Shown: piece after piece, positions 18,733 to 28,168 of the stretch | How positions within the stretch are numbered: the first letter of the stretch is position 1 | How the letters are laid out: each line of letters opens with the position of its first letter | Assembly (NCBI GenBank): GCA_963754925.1 | Contig: CAVWHX010000006.1 | Span: 96,001 to 160,000 of the forward strand | Reading direction: 5' to 3' | Source of the DNA: an uncultured delta proteobacterium | GTDB lineage: Bacteria > Myxococcota > B64-G9 | Length of the DNA stretch: 64,000 nucleotides | The notes under the pieces: generated by a model | Seen by the model: only the letters and a program-made list of their open reading frames with translations | The model's database searches: none | Told to the model about the DNA's origin: nothing | Position numbers and translations under genes: made by a program

Positions 18733-19320
18733 ATGGCTGGGAAAGAAAAAAAGACGGCAAAAAAAGTGATTGGAATCGTCGGAAGCCCCCGCCACGGGGG
18801 AAACACCGACATTCTTGTCGACGAGGTGCTGGCGGGCGCCCGGGAAGCGGGAGCCCGGGTGGAAAAGGTCATCCTCAACGACCTCACGATCGGCTATTGC
18901 CAGGGATGTGACCGGTGTCGAGAGGCCGGGAAATGCCACCAGGAAGATGACATGCCGCTTCTGCTTCAGAAAATGCAGGCGAGCGATGTCTGGGTTCTGG
19001 GCACGCCCGTGTACTGGTGGGGACCCTCCGCGCAGTTCAAAACGTTTCTCGACCGGTGGTACGGCGCAGGAAAGATTGTCCGGTTCCGGGATAAACAAGT
19101 CATCCTGGCGATCCCCCTGGGTGATACGAATAATGAAACCGCACGCCATCTGCTCGGAATGCTTCAGGACAGTTTTGATTATCTGAAGATGAAGATTTTT
19201 GCCTCTATTGTTGCTCTCGGCGCTTACCGATTGGGAGCGGTCCTTGAACAAAGGTCTGTCATGAATACCGCCCGGAATGCCGGGCGGGATATCATTGCGG
19301 CCGAGACACCGGGACGTTGA
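18733..19320 (+). CDS. Iron-sulfur flavoprotein / NADPH-dependent FMN reductase
   Basis: GSPRHGGNT, CQGCDRC...C..EDD, TPVYW. Confidence 0.9.
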   Translation: MAGKEKKTAKKVIGIVGSPRHGGNTDILVDEVLAGAREAGARVEKVILNDLTIGYCQGCDRCREAGKCHQEDDMPLLLQKMQASDVWVLGTPVYWWGPSAQFKTFLDRWYGAGKIVRFRDKQVILAIPLGDTNNETARHLLGMLQDSFDYLKMKIFASIVALGAYRLGAVLEQRSVMNTARNAGRDIIAAETPGR

Positions 19321-19338
19321 GCGGAAGGTTGGGTAGCG

Positions 19339-20484
19339 TTATTTCAACGCATCCAACATCTGAGCTATCGGAAGAACTTCAATATTCCGGGCAAGTGAAT
19401 AACGTTTTGCACCGGGATAGATGACAAACAATTTTTGTAAGCCAAGATCACTCATGGCTGCCTTCATGGAGGGCGTCAAGCCCGGCGCGTCCGCCCGCTT
19501 TATTTCCACCCCGATACGACTACGTCCCTTGAAAAGTAACATATCAAGCTCGGCGCCGGCATGGGTTGCCCAATAAAATGCCTCATCCGGATTGGCTATA
19601 GCCAGGACCTCTTCTATAAGGTAACCCTCCCAAGAAGCGCCGCACTTGGGATGCAAAAGCAAATCCCTCATCGTGCGGATGCCCAATATCTGGTGCAGCA
19701 GTCCGCTGTCTCGAAAGTATATTTTTGGTGATTTGACCTGTCGCTTCTTGAGATTCTCATGCCAGGGTTTGAGCTGACGCACGATAAACACACCGTCCAG
19801 GATATCCAGATAACGACGCACCGATGTCTCGCTGATACCCAGGGAGCGGGCGGGTTCGGCTGCCTTCCAAATCTGTCCTGAATAGTGAGCCAACATAGCC
19901 CAAAAACGCAAGAGCATTGGGGCCGCAGCGCCGATGCCGAACTGCGGAATATCTCTTTCTAGAAATGTTTGAATGAAGTTTTTCCGCCATGCCACACTGT
20001 CTGTTTCATTCTTTGCAAGAAAAGAGAGCGGCAGCCCTCCACGTAACCAATGCCGTTCTTGATGTTGTATTCCCACATCATCAAGCGTCAATCCACCGAT
20101 GCAGATGGTTTCTTGCCGTCCCGCGAGCGATTCGGATGATTGACGCAGCAATGCCGGTGATGCGCTTCCTAAAATGAGGAAACGCGCAGGAAGCCCAACG
20201 CGATCCGCCAGGACTCGAAGTATAGTAAAAAGCTCCGGACGTCGCTGGATCTCATCAATAACCACCAACCCCTTTAGATTCTGCAATGCGGTCATCGGTT
20301 CGATAAGACGGGCTAGATTTGAAGGGTCTTCGAGATCAAAGTAATTGATCGAATCGTATGGAACAAATTGGCGGGCGAGCGTGGTTTTACCACACTGCCG
20401 GGGGCCCAAAAGAACGACGATACGGCTACGCTTCAGGGCCTTTTTGATGGTCGACATCGTTGTTGTGCGTGCAATCATAGCCAT
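19339..20484 (-). CDS. AAA_14 ATPase with DUF4143 C-terminal domain
   Basis: GPRQCGKT, IDEIQ, SESLAGR, KSPKIYFRDSG, ELD...VEIK; ACCCAAC attC-like arm right after the stop. Confidence 0.9.
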   Translation of the reverse strand: MAMIARTTTMSTIKKALKRSRIVVLLGPRQCGKTTLARQFVPYDSINYFDLEDPSNLARLIEPMTALQNLKGLVVIDEIQRRPELFTILRVLADRVGLPARFLILGSASPALLRQSSESLAGRQETICIGGLTLDDVGIQHQERHWLRGGLPLSFLAKNETDSVAWRKNFIQTFLERDIPQFGIGAAAPMLLRFWAMLAHYSGQIWKAAEPARSLGISETSVRRYLDILDGVFIVRQLKPWHENLKKRQVKSPKIYFRDSGLLHQILGIRTMRDLLLHPKCGASWEGYLIEEVLAIANPDEAFYWATHAGAELDMLLFKGRSRIGVEIKRADAPGLTPSMKAAMSDLGLQKLFVIYPGAKRYSLARNIEVLPIAQMLDALK

Positions 20485-20555
20485 ATCATACCTTGAAAAA
20501 GCTCCATGTCAAGGAGGATTTTCAAGGTATAAAATCGCCTCGAATATAGGGTCAG

Positions 20556-20586
20556 AGATGCGGATTTGGGTGGGGGGGGTCAACCC
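20556..20586 (-). repeat. Leader repeat terminus, copy F
   Basis: AGATGCGGATTTGGGTGGGG plus GGGTCAACCC directly after the SRPBCC stop. Confidence 0.7.
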
Positions 20587-20587
20587 A

Positions 20588-21115
20588 TCATTGTTCGGCA
20601 ACAGTCTTTAGATTGGCGAGCCCTTCCTGGAAATCTTTTCCGACCATGTTGTCCAGATTAACAACTATGTGTATCACCTTAGCAATATACGGTTGTTTAC
20701 CGTTCATTGCCCACGTCACGTTCGTATGTTCGCCTTCCGGTGTTAACGTGAACTCGACCATGTTATGGGCTTCAAACGGCTTGATCATGGTTAGTTTCAT
20801 CTCGATCCGTGAGGGAGGCGCTGACTCGGTAATCTCGAGGGTCCCCTTGCCGACTTCCCGGTTGCCTTCCCACTCAAGCGTGGCGCCTATTCCGCTGTCT
20901 GGACCGCTGTAGCTTATCTTCATGGCGGGGTCTTTTTTCATGTAGGGCGACCAGGTGTTCATGCTATGCAGGTCGTCGATGAGTGCAAATATCTTTTCGG
21001 GTGGCGCACCGATGCTCGTCGAACGCTGAACACTAAACGTGTCGGGTTTGGTTGCGGCATAGATGAGAATAGCGGCGATAACGGCGACAACGATGATAAT
21101 AATCGTCTTGAGCAT
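20588..21115 (-). CDS. SRPBCC (polyketide cyclase/START) family protein
   Basis: N-terminal TM, VQRSTSIGAPPEKIF, WSPY, WEGNREVGKG, VGKDFQEGLANLK. Confidence 0.88.
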   Translation of the reverse strand: MLKTIIIIVVAVIAAILIYAATKPDTFSVQRSTSIGAPPEKIFALIDDLHSMNTWSPYMKKDPAMKISYSGPDSGIGATLEWEGNREVGKGTLEITESAPPSRIEMKLTMIKPFEAHNMVEFTLTPEGEHTNVTWAMNGKQPYIAKVIHIVVNLDNMVGKDFQEGLANLKTVAEQ

Positions 21116-21191
21116 TGTTATTCCTCCATGGGGAAACCGAGATGCCTAACCAGCCCTATCTCGCCTTCTTCCGCCTCATCAATGCCTTTTT

Positions 21192-21512
21192 TTATACTGC
21201 TTGATTCTCAGCGGTCAGCAGGCGGTCGGCCGCCGGAGAGAAAACATGGTTCTCACCGGCGATATGCGCATCGAGGATCTCGATATATTTCGAAAGATTG
21301 TCACGCAAAGCGCGAAGAACTACGGGAACGCCTTTTTCTTCAGTAACGTGATGGCGGCGGTCTATGAAATTGCTGAAAAGCTCAACCAGATAAGAAAACC
21401 GCTCTCCCTCTACCTGCATGGTTATGCCTATCATTTTGATTTCAGGTGCAGCCACGGTGAGGACGATTTGGGCAAGAGCGCGCTCGTTCCTGAGTTCTTC
21501 GGTGGGTTGCAT
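21192..21512 (-). CDS. Hemerythrin-like (HHE) protein, possibly degenerate
   Basis: FIDRRHH..EEK and YIEILDAHIAGENHVF motifs. Confidence 0.55.
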   Translation of the reverse strand: MQPTEELRNERALAQIVLTVAAPEIKMIGITMQVEGERFSYLVELFSNFIDRRHHVTEEKGVPVVLRALRDNLSKYIEILDAHIAGENHVFSPAADRLLTAENQAV

Positions 21513-21588
21513 TACAATCTCCTTTCATGTTTTTGAACGGCAATACTATTGAAAATCGGTACGACAACTTTTAATGAGAAAACGTTTC

Positions 21589-21604
21589 TGCAATTCTCAT
21601 ACCA
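21589..21604 (-). promoter_or_regulatory. sigma54 -24/-12 promoter
   Basis: TGGTA-TGAGAA-TTGCA. Confidence 0.55.
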
Positions 21605-21641
21605 TTACACCGTTGAACTTAATTTCGGGTACTGGGTCAAT

Positions 21642-21870
21642 TAGAGGCTAACGGTTATTCTTCGAACGACAGGGCAAACTGACCAACAACCGATTTCATT
21701 GTCATATCGACCGAAGGGATGTCATAGCGAGCAAAGGGAGATATCTAATTACGATCTCATCGTTATTTAGATTTCTCGCTACCCCTAAAGGGATAAGAGA
21801 CTGTACGCCTCGCTTCGCTCGCTACAGTCTCTAACGCTCGAAATGACAATTTTGCGCTCGAAATGACAAT
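21642..21870. repeat. Composite REP-like element, copy 2 (nested hairpin 21782-21833)
   Basis: Near-identical to 325-515, with duplicated CGCTCGAAATGACAAT end. Confidence 0.85.
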
Positions 21871-21905
21871 CGGGGATTTGCGGTATGGGATTAAAAGATT
21901 TATAG

Positions 21906-22526
21906 TTATCGGCTCCCCCTCACCAGAGCGCGGGTGATATCGGCCACGTGTCGTCCCTGAGCCCGCGCGATTTCAAGTTCATTACTGCTTGGTTGCCGTG
22001 TGCCGTCCGGGCCTGTCACCGTCGTGGCTCCATAGGGGCCGCCGCCGGTTATCTCCTCCATGGTCATCAGTCTCTTCTCCGAATACGGCACGCCCACGAT
22101 GATCATCCCATGATGTAACAGCGTGGTATGGAAACTCGTGATGGTAGTCTCGTGTCCCCCGTGTTGGGTAGCTGTCGAGGTAAAAACGCTGCCGACTTTT
22201 CCGATTAACGCCCCGGACGCCCAGAGAGATCCGGTTTGATCGAGGAGGTTACGCATCTGCGCTGCCATCATGCCGTACCGGGTCGGGGTGCCGAAGATAA
22301 TGGCATCCGGTTCGGCTAATTTCTCAGGGGCGATGATCGGAATGTTAGCGAACGCTTTGCGTGTTGCTTTAGCGCCGCTTTTTTCAAGGATATTGTCAGG
22401 AACAAGCTCGGCGGTTTGGAACAATTTAACCTCAGCGCCTTCTATCTGACGAGCGCCTTCCGAAACCGCTTCCGCCAATTTAAAAATATGACCGTACATA
22501 CTGTAGAAAACTATGTATATTTTCAT
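21906..22526 (-). CDS. wrbA: NAD(P)H:quinone oxidoreductase WrbA
   Basis: YSMYGH, GTPTRYG, TATQHGG.E, LLHHGM, GGGPYGA. Confidence 0.95.
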   Translation of the reverse strand: MKIYIVFYSMYGHIFKLAEAVSEGARQIEGAEVKLFQTAELVPDNILEKSGAKATRKAFANIPIIAPEKLAEPDAIIFGTPTRYGMMAAQMRNLLDQTGSLWASGALIGKVGSVFTSTATQHGGHETTITSFHTTLLHHGMIIVGVPYSEKRLMTMEEITGGGPYGATTVTGPDGTRQPSSNELEIARAQGRHVADITRALVRGSR

Positions 22527-22563
22527 GATCTCTCCCTTGGGTTAGCGACCTCGCAGTATTTTC

Positions 22564-22579
22564 TGCAATCGCGATGCCA
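22564..22579 (-). promoter_or_regulatory. sigma54 promoter of wrbA
   Basis: TGGCA-TCGCGA-TTGCA. Confidence 0.7.
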
Positions 22580-22721
22580 AAGGGATATTTAACTGATTGT
22601 CTTTGTTTAGAATTAGTTACTTTTAGTATTTTCTCGCTCAAAGGTTACCGGTTGGGTCCTTCGAACGATTTGTATCAGCCAATATGACCTCGTTTGTTCA
22701 AAATTGACCGTTCGTTTTGGG

Positions 22722-22854
22722 CTAGAGGTTGTTGCCGAGCGAAGCGAGGCTTACAACCTCTTGTCCCCGAAGGGGGCTGGAGCCCGTTAGCGAACGAAGT
22801 GAGCTTCCCCGAAGGGGGCTAGAGGTTGTTACCGAACGAAGAAGGTTAACAATC
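22722..22854. repeat. Cluster of ~3 REP hairpin copies (reverse orientation, variant stem GAGGTTGT/ACAACCTC)
   Basis: CTAGAGGTTGTTGCCGAGCGAAGCGAGGCTTACAACCTCTTGTCCCCGAAGGGG aligns to the reverse complement of 45289-45342. Confidence 0.75.
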
Positions 22855-22889
22855 GTGTGTGTCCCTGCTTGGCTAACAACAAAGACTTA

Positions 22890-22905
22890 TGGCATGGATT
22901 ATGCT
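22890..22905 (+). promoter_or_regulatory. sigma54-like promoter of the usp operon
   Basis: TGGCA-TGGATT-ATGCT. Confidence 0.55.
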
Positions 22906-22949
22906 CAACAATTAATCGGTAATGGTTCGACTGAAGAAGGAGGTCGGTC

Positions 22950-23396
22950 ATGATCCAAGCTCGTAGAATATTGGTTCCAATGGATTTTTCTGAGTACTCT
23001 GAGAAAGCTCTCAATCGCGCTGTGGAACTGGCGAAGGATTCAAACGCCAAGATTGAACTGCTGCATGTAATCAACCACGATGTGATTCAGTGTGCGGACA
23101 CGTACTGCCTCGATGATGAAAAAATAAAGGAAATCAAGGATCAGATGGATGACGCCGCCCGCAAGAATCTTCGGAATAAGATCGAAAAGTTTAAAAATGT
23201 CGGCGGACTGGAGATCGTGCCGATAGTTCGGCATGGTATTCCTTACACTGAAATACTCGCCGAGCAGAGGGAAAAGGATATCGATCTGATAGTGATGTCT
23301 CATCTGGGAAAATCAAGAGTTGAGAAGTTTTTTCTCGGTGGAGTAGCCCGAAATGTAATCAAAGGAGCTTCCTGCTCGGTGCTGTTGGTACGGTGA
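22950..23396 (+). CDS. Universal stress protein
   Basis: ILVPMDFSEYS, DLIVM..G......FLG.VA..V. Confidence 0.92.
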   Translation: MIQARRILVPMDFSEYSEKALNRAVELAKDSNAKIELLHVINHDVIQCADTYCLDDEKIKEIKDQMDDAARKNLRNKIEKFKNVGGLEIVPIVRHGIPYTEILAEQREKDIDLIVMSHLGKSRVEKFFLGGVARNVIKGASCSVLLVR

Positions 23397-23443
23397 CGGG
23401 TCGGTGGAAATGGTATCGGCAGCTCATGAGGCGATACATAAAA

Positions 23444-24581
23444 ATGTTCACGAAACGATTCACTATCTTCAAGCTTTTGGGGTTTGAAGTAAAAATCGAC
23501 CCCAGTTGGTTGATTCTGGCCGTGTTGGTGACCTGGAGTTTGGCGGTGGGTTTGTTTCCCGGCATCATTCAGGGCCTGCCGCAGGAATACTATTGGTGGA
23601 TGGGAATCGCCGGAACGGTTGGGCTGCTTTTCTCCATTATCTTTCATGAACTTTCTCATTCCGTTGTGGCCAGAAGACTTGGTTTGCCGATGAAGGGAAT
23701 TACCCTTTTTATATTCGGCGGGGTGGCGGAGATGGAGAAGCAACCCGAGAGTCCTCGGGTTCGAATTTTTAATGGCGATAGCGGGACCGATCTCAAGCGT
23801 GGTCCTGTCAATACTATGTTATGGGGTGTATTCCCTGGCGTCGGCAAACGATTGGCCGCCGACCGTCTTTGTTGTTTTCTATTACCTTGGGTACCTGAAT
23901 CTTGTTTTGGCGGGGTTCAACATGATCCCGGCTTTTCCTCTCGACGGCGGACGGGTGCTTAGGGCCGCTTTGTGGAGATGGAAACACAATCTACGGTGGG
24001 CCACCCAGGTGGGTTCCCGTATCGGTGTGGGCTTTGGCGCCGGGTTTATCATTTTAGGAGTCGTCAATCTGCTGTGGGGCAACTTTATCGGCGGCATGTG
24101 GTGGACTCTCATAGGATTTTTCCTGCGCAAAGCCGCGCGCACGTCGTATGAACAGCTTAGGATAAAACAAATGCTCGAAGGCGAACCTATCAGCCGTTTT
24201 ATGAGCACATCCCTGGTTACGGTACCGCCTTCCCTTACCGTGAAGAGTCTCGTCGAGGACTACATCTACAAGCATCATCACAAAATGTTTCCCGTTGTGG
24301 AAAACTCTCACCTCGTCGGGTGCGTCACCACCCGCGATATTCGAGAAACGCCCCGGGAAGAGTGGGACCGACACACCGTATCAGAGGTGGCGAACCATTG
24401 TTCCGAGGAGAATACGGCGCCGCCCACCCTGGATGCGGCGTCGGCCATGTCCATGATGGCTCGTGACGGCAAGAGCCGCCTCATGGTCGTGGAAAATGGC
24501 CGATTGGTTGGTATTGTCGCACTCAGAGACATAATGAAATTCTTGTCGATCAAGATGGACCTCGAGCATGCGGCCCACTAA
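23444..24581 (+). pseudogene. Site-2 protease (M50) + CBS pair, +1 frameshift at ~23760 (or sequencing error)
   Basis: HELSH in the first frame; AIAGP, FNMIPAFPLDGGR and CBS domains in the second frame. Confidence 0.85.
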
Positions 24582-24992
24582 TTATGGAAATGTCGCATAA
24601 TTCATTGAATCATTGAGATCCAATGGATACTCCCAGCGAGGCGTGATGGTTGCTTTGCGCGCGGCGGCCCGTGCATCATTGCGGCGACGCACATAGGAAT
24701 TGATGGAATCCTCCATTGTATTGAAGGTCTCGGTCACGGCGGCGAGGATGTCAAAATATCCTTCCCGGGCCTCACGCGACGAAATAAATTGCTTCCCGGG
24801 AACCGAAACCAGGATCCGAACGCGAAAGCGCTCTCGGTTTCCCTCGTGATGATGCGGTCGGTCGATGGTGACCTTGCAATTGGTTATGAGCGGGTGGATT
24901 TCTTGTAGCTTTCGTGTTTCACGTGCAATGGCTTCGGTAAGTTCGTCAAAAGAACGTATATGACGGAACGTAGTTCTGATATTGGTTTTCAT
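24582..24992 (-). CDS. HPF/RaiA family ribosome-associated protein
   Basis: TFRHI, ITNCKVTIDRPHHH...FRVRI.VSVPG. Confidence 0.8.
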   Translation of the reverse strand: MKTNIRTTFRHIRSFDELTEAIARETRKLQEIHPLITNCKVTIDRPHHHEGNRERFRVRILVSVPGKQFISSREAREGYFDILAAVTETFNTMEDSINSYVRRRNDARAAARKATITPRWEYPLDLNDSMNYATFP

Positions 24993-25072
24993 GTCAGATG
25001 TCCTCCCGAACCCCACTACGACTGGCTACGATGAAACATGGGGACGTGCTTTAAAAATTTCGATTGTTGTTT

Positions 25073-25444
25073 TCAAATAACCGAATCGAAAGAGGGACTG
25101 AAGGGAGGACCCTGCTTTGGGGCAACCGACGCCGTGATTATTTGTTTAACCGGCGCTCGTGTGTCGGGTGCGGTGACTTTCTCTACTGTGGGCGGAACAA
25201 CTATGGAATGGGAAAAAATTGTAGCGGTTGCAACGGGATCGAAAACCTTTTCATCGGCTGTCGGGATCGTAGCATATACGCTTCCCGCATGCGAATGGGT
25301 CGTGTGCGAAGCTTTACTGAAAGCCCTAACGTGAGAATGTGCGGCCGTGCTTGAGATTAAGAGAAATGCCAGAACGCACAAGGTCGACAGATCAAAAACC
25401 CATAAAAAATACCTCGTGGAAAACTGTCGTTTGTTGATTGCCAC
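25073..25444 (-). CDS. Hypothetical protein: TM segment, His-rich patch, C-terminal KQGPP
   Basis: ORF after a GAGGGAG RBS; composition only. Confidence 0.45.
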   Translation of the reverse strand: MAINKRQFSTRYFLWVFDLSTLCVLAFLLISSTAAHSHVRAFSKASHTTHSHAGSVYATIPTADEKVFDPVATATIFSHSIVVPPTVEKVTAPDTRAPVKQIITASVAPKQGPPFSPSFDSVI

Positions 25445-25590
25445 GGTACTCCCTCATTCTTTCGTTGCCGTTTCTTGAACCAAACAACTCGTGCCTTTAT
25501 TCCGGACAAAGGAACGACGAATATCATGGCGCGTTGCGCAGAATTCCAGTTTTCTATTGCCGGCGTTGAAAAAATGCTAGGGTGGATACA

Positions 25591-25953
25591 TCAAAAATGT
25601 CTTGAGTTGTATAACGGCTGAGGTCTATCAAACGGATGCTCGTGCTCGGGAGATAGCCTCCTCATAGAATTCCCCATGATGTCGAACGCCTCGCTCACCG
25701 CCGCAAGAATATCGGGATACCCTTGCTCGGCTTCACTTGAAGATATCAGTTGTTTTCCGAAAGTCGAAACCACGACCTGTACGCGAAAGTGATTCCCATT
25801 GCCGCGATGTTGATGCGACCGATCGATGACGACTTTGCAACTGGTTATCTGCTGAAAGGTTTCGCGTAATTTTCGGGCTTCGCGCTCTATCAATTCGGAA
25901 AGCTCGTCGAAGGAACGAATATGGCGAAATGTTGTTCTCATATTGGCTACCAT
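25591..25953 (-). CDS. HPF/RaiA family ribosome-associated protein (paralogue)
   Basis: RTTFRHIRSFDEL shared with 24582-24992; GGAGG RBS. Confidence 0.8.
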   Translation of the reverse strand: MVANMRTTFRHIRSFDELSELIEREARKLRETFQQITSCKVVIDRSHQHRGNGNHFRVQVVVSTFGKQLISSSEAEQGYPDILAAVSEAFDIMGNSMRRLSPEHEHPFDRPQPLYNSRHF

Positions 25954-26111
25954 GGTCTTTTCCCTCCAATTAAGCCTTTCCTAACAAGTCAGCATCGGTT
26001 TGTAATCCTTGCCCCGCGGTACCCGCGGGGTGAATACACAGATCCATATTCCCCTTCCGTTGTGCCTTTTGCAGCATTCCAACAACCACAGGGTTGCTGG
26101 AAGCACCCCTC

Positions 26112-26426
26112 CTAGGTGGACGAGGACGTTTTCAACATTTCTCTGCTCAGCTTCTCAAAGCCTTCCTTATAGCTGAGGTCGCCGTCATCACCTTTTTTGG
26201 GATGTTGCGGCCCGCACGTTTGTTGGTCGAGAAGCGCTGAGTAGTCCTTAGGTTCGACACTACACACGCAGTTGAGAGTTTTTTCGCTGCCCGTTGTCAT
26301 GTTGTCGGCGGCATTTTGGGTAGCGCTTCCCAGGGAACCTATGAAAAGCAAACCGGACAGCAACGGAATTACTACTTTTGAGCCTTTGCCATTTCTTTTT
26401 TTAAAACGAGATGTTATTGTTAACAT
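26112..26426 (-). CDS. Hypothetical exported protein
   Basis: Basic N-terminus then hydrophobic stretch; AAGGA RBS. Confidence 0.5.
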   Translation of the reverse strand: MLTITSRFKKRNGKGSKVVIPLLSGLLFIGSLGSATQNAADNMTTGSEKTLNCVCSVEPKDYSALLDQQTCGPQHPKKGDDGDLSYKEGFEKLSREMLKTSSST

Positions 26427-26486
26427 GGGAATTTTCCTTTCTTAATAATTGGACCAATTCTCGTCCATCGTTTCCTATTTCCCTCG

Positions 26487-27983
26487 TTACCTGTTGATGA
26501 CTATGAAGAGCTGCGCGGACCCTCGCTGAATCCTCAACAGGACACTTTCGTTGTCTTTCTTCTTGGCTAATGCGTTACGAAAATCAGCCACCGTGGGGAC
26601 TCGTTCGTGGTTAACCTCGAGAATGATATCTCCCGACTGAACCAGCCCCGCGGTAGGTCCCGCATCATCGACCTCTTCCACCACCAGACCCTTGAGATCC
26701 GCATCCACCCCCAACTTTTGCGCTATGTCGGGCGTCAGCGGTACCAGCGTCAACCCCAGGAGAGACCCCTGACCTTCGCTCGTTTCATTGGTCGCCTGAG
26801 ATTCTTCTTTCTCTCTCTCCCCCAGAACCACCGTGAGCTTGGAGCTCTTGCCATTGCGAATTACCTCAATTTCCGCCTTGGTCCCTGGGGCAAGCCCGGC
26901 AACCCGGGAGGTAAGATCCTTGGATTCCGCTACTTTTTCTCCGTTGAGCGCTACAATGACGTCTCCTGCCTTGATGCCGGCCTTTTCGGCCGGGCTATTT
27001 TTGAAAACTTGGCTGACCAACGCACCGCTCTTTACCGTTACCCCGAAATTTTGAGCCAAATCTTCGCTGAGATCTTGTATGCCGACGCCCAGCCACCCGC
27101 GCACTACTTTCCCCTTGGCCAGAAGCTGCGGCAGAATGCTCTTGACCAAATTTATCGGCACGGCGAAACCCACGCCCGATCCTCCGGCGACGATGGCGGT
27201 GTTGATGCCCACCACATTTCCTGAAAGATCGAACAGCGGCCCTCCGGAGTTGCCCGGATTGATGGACGCATCCGTTTGCAAGAAGTCGTCGTATGGTCCT
27301 TGTCCGATCTGGCGGTCCTTGCCGCTAATGATGCCCGTGGTGACGGTCTGCCCAAGGCCAAAGGGATTGCCGATGGCGATCACCCAGTCGCCGACCTCGA
27401 TCTTGTCCGAATCCCCTAAGCTCGCGAAGGGCAGGGCACCCTTGGGGTTAACTTTAATAAGGGCGATATCTGTTTTGCTGTCGCTGCCGATGATTTTCGC
27501 ATCATAGCTCTTATCATCGGAGAGCCGTATCTTGATCTCCGTGGCCCCCGAGACCACGTGATTATTGGTTAGAATGTAGCCGTCGGCGCTGATTATGAAT
27601 CCGGACCCCAAGGCGTTGCGTTTGAACTCACGCTGGGGCAGATCGAAGAATTTCCTAAACATTTTAAACGGGTCGCCTTCACCGGAGAATTTATCCGAAA
27701 AGGGATCGTTGAATTCAAACGAAGGAGCGTTACCCGGCTTTCTTATGCGGGGTTTGATTACTTGAGTCGTAAATATATTGACCACCGATGGATTGAGTTT
27801 CTTCGCTAGACCGGCAAACGACGGAAGCGTCTGGACATTTTCGGGAGGTTGAGCAGATGACGTTGTTTGGTCGTGCCAGAACGGTTTTTCCTCAACCGCC
27901 GACCCCTTACAGCTCGAACCGAGATCGATGAGAGAGAGTGCAATAATTAAGGGTAGAAATATCAATGGTGAACGATTCGTCAT
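26487..27983 (-). CDS. DegP/DegQ (HtrA) serine protease with two PDZ domains
   Basis: LGSGFII, TNNHVV, DIAL, QTDASINPGNSGGPL, two PDZ domains. Confidence 0.95.
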   Translation of the reverse strand: MTNRSPLIFLPLIIALSLIDLGSSCKGSAVEEKPFWHDQTTSSAQPPENVQTLPSFAGLAKKLNPSVVNIFTTQVIKPRIRKPGNAPSFEFNDPFSDKFSGEGDPFKMFRKFFDLPQREFKRNALGSGFIISADGYILTNNHVVSGATEIKIRLSDDKSYDAKIIGSDSKTDIALIKVNPKGALPFASLGDSDKIEVGDWVIAIGNPFGLGQTVTTGIISGKDRQIGQGPYDDFLQTDASINPGNSGGPLFDLSGNVVGINTAIVAGGSGVGFAVPINLVKSILPQLLAKGKVVRGWLGVGIQDLSEDLAQNFGVTVKSGALVSQVFKNSPAEKAGIKAGDVIVALNGEKVAESKDLTSRVAGLAPGTKAEIEVIRNGKSSKLTVVLGEREKEESQATNETSEGQGSLLGLTLVPLTPDIAQKLGVDADLKGLVVEEVDDAGPTAGLVQSGDIILEVNHERVPTVADFRNALAKKKDNESVLLRIQRGSAQLFIVINR

Positions 27984-28168
27984 AGAATAACCCTTGTGCT
28001 TCTCTTTTTAAATTTACGATACGTAAATAGTAAGCGAAGCCAATAAGTGCCCAGCAAAATGATCAAGTCGTTCAAAATGGATGGGCAATGTTGAACGCCT
28101 GCTGGGATACATTCGCGTTTTCGTAAAAGCGAATAGAAAAGCGTACTGTGAATTGAAGACAAGGTATC

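Noticed and set aside
22722..22854. Possible CRISPR or ncRNA array
   Set aside because: Irregular, degenerate copies matching the dispersed REP hairpin family
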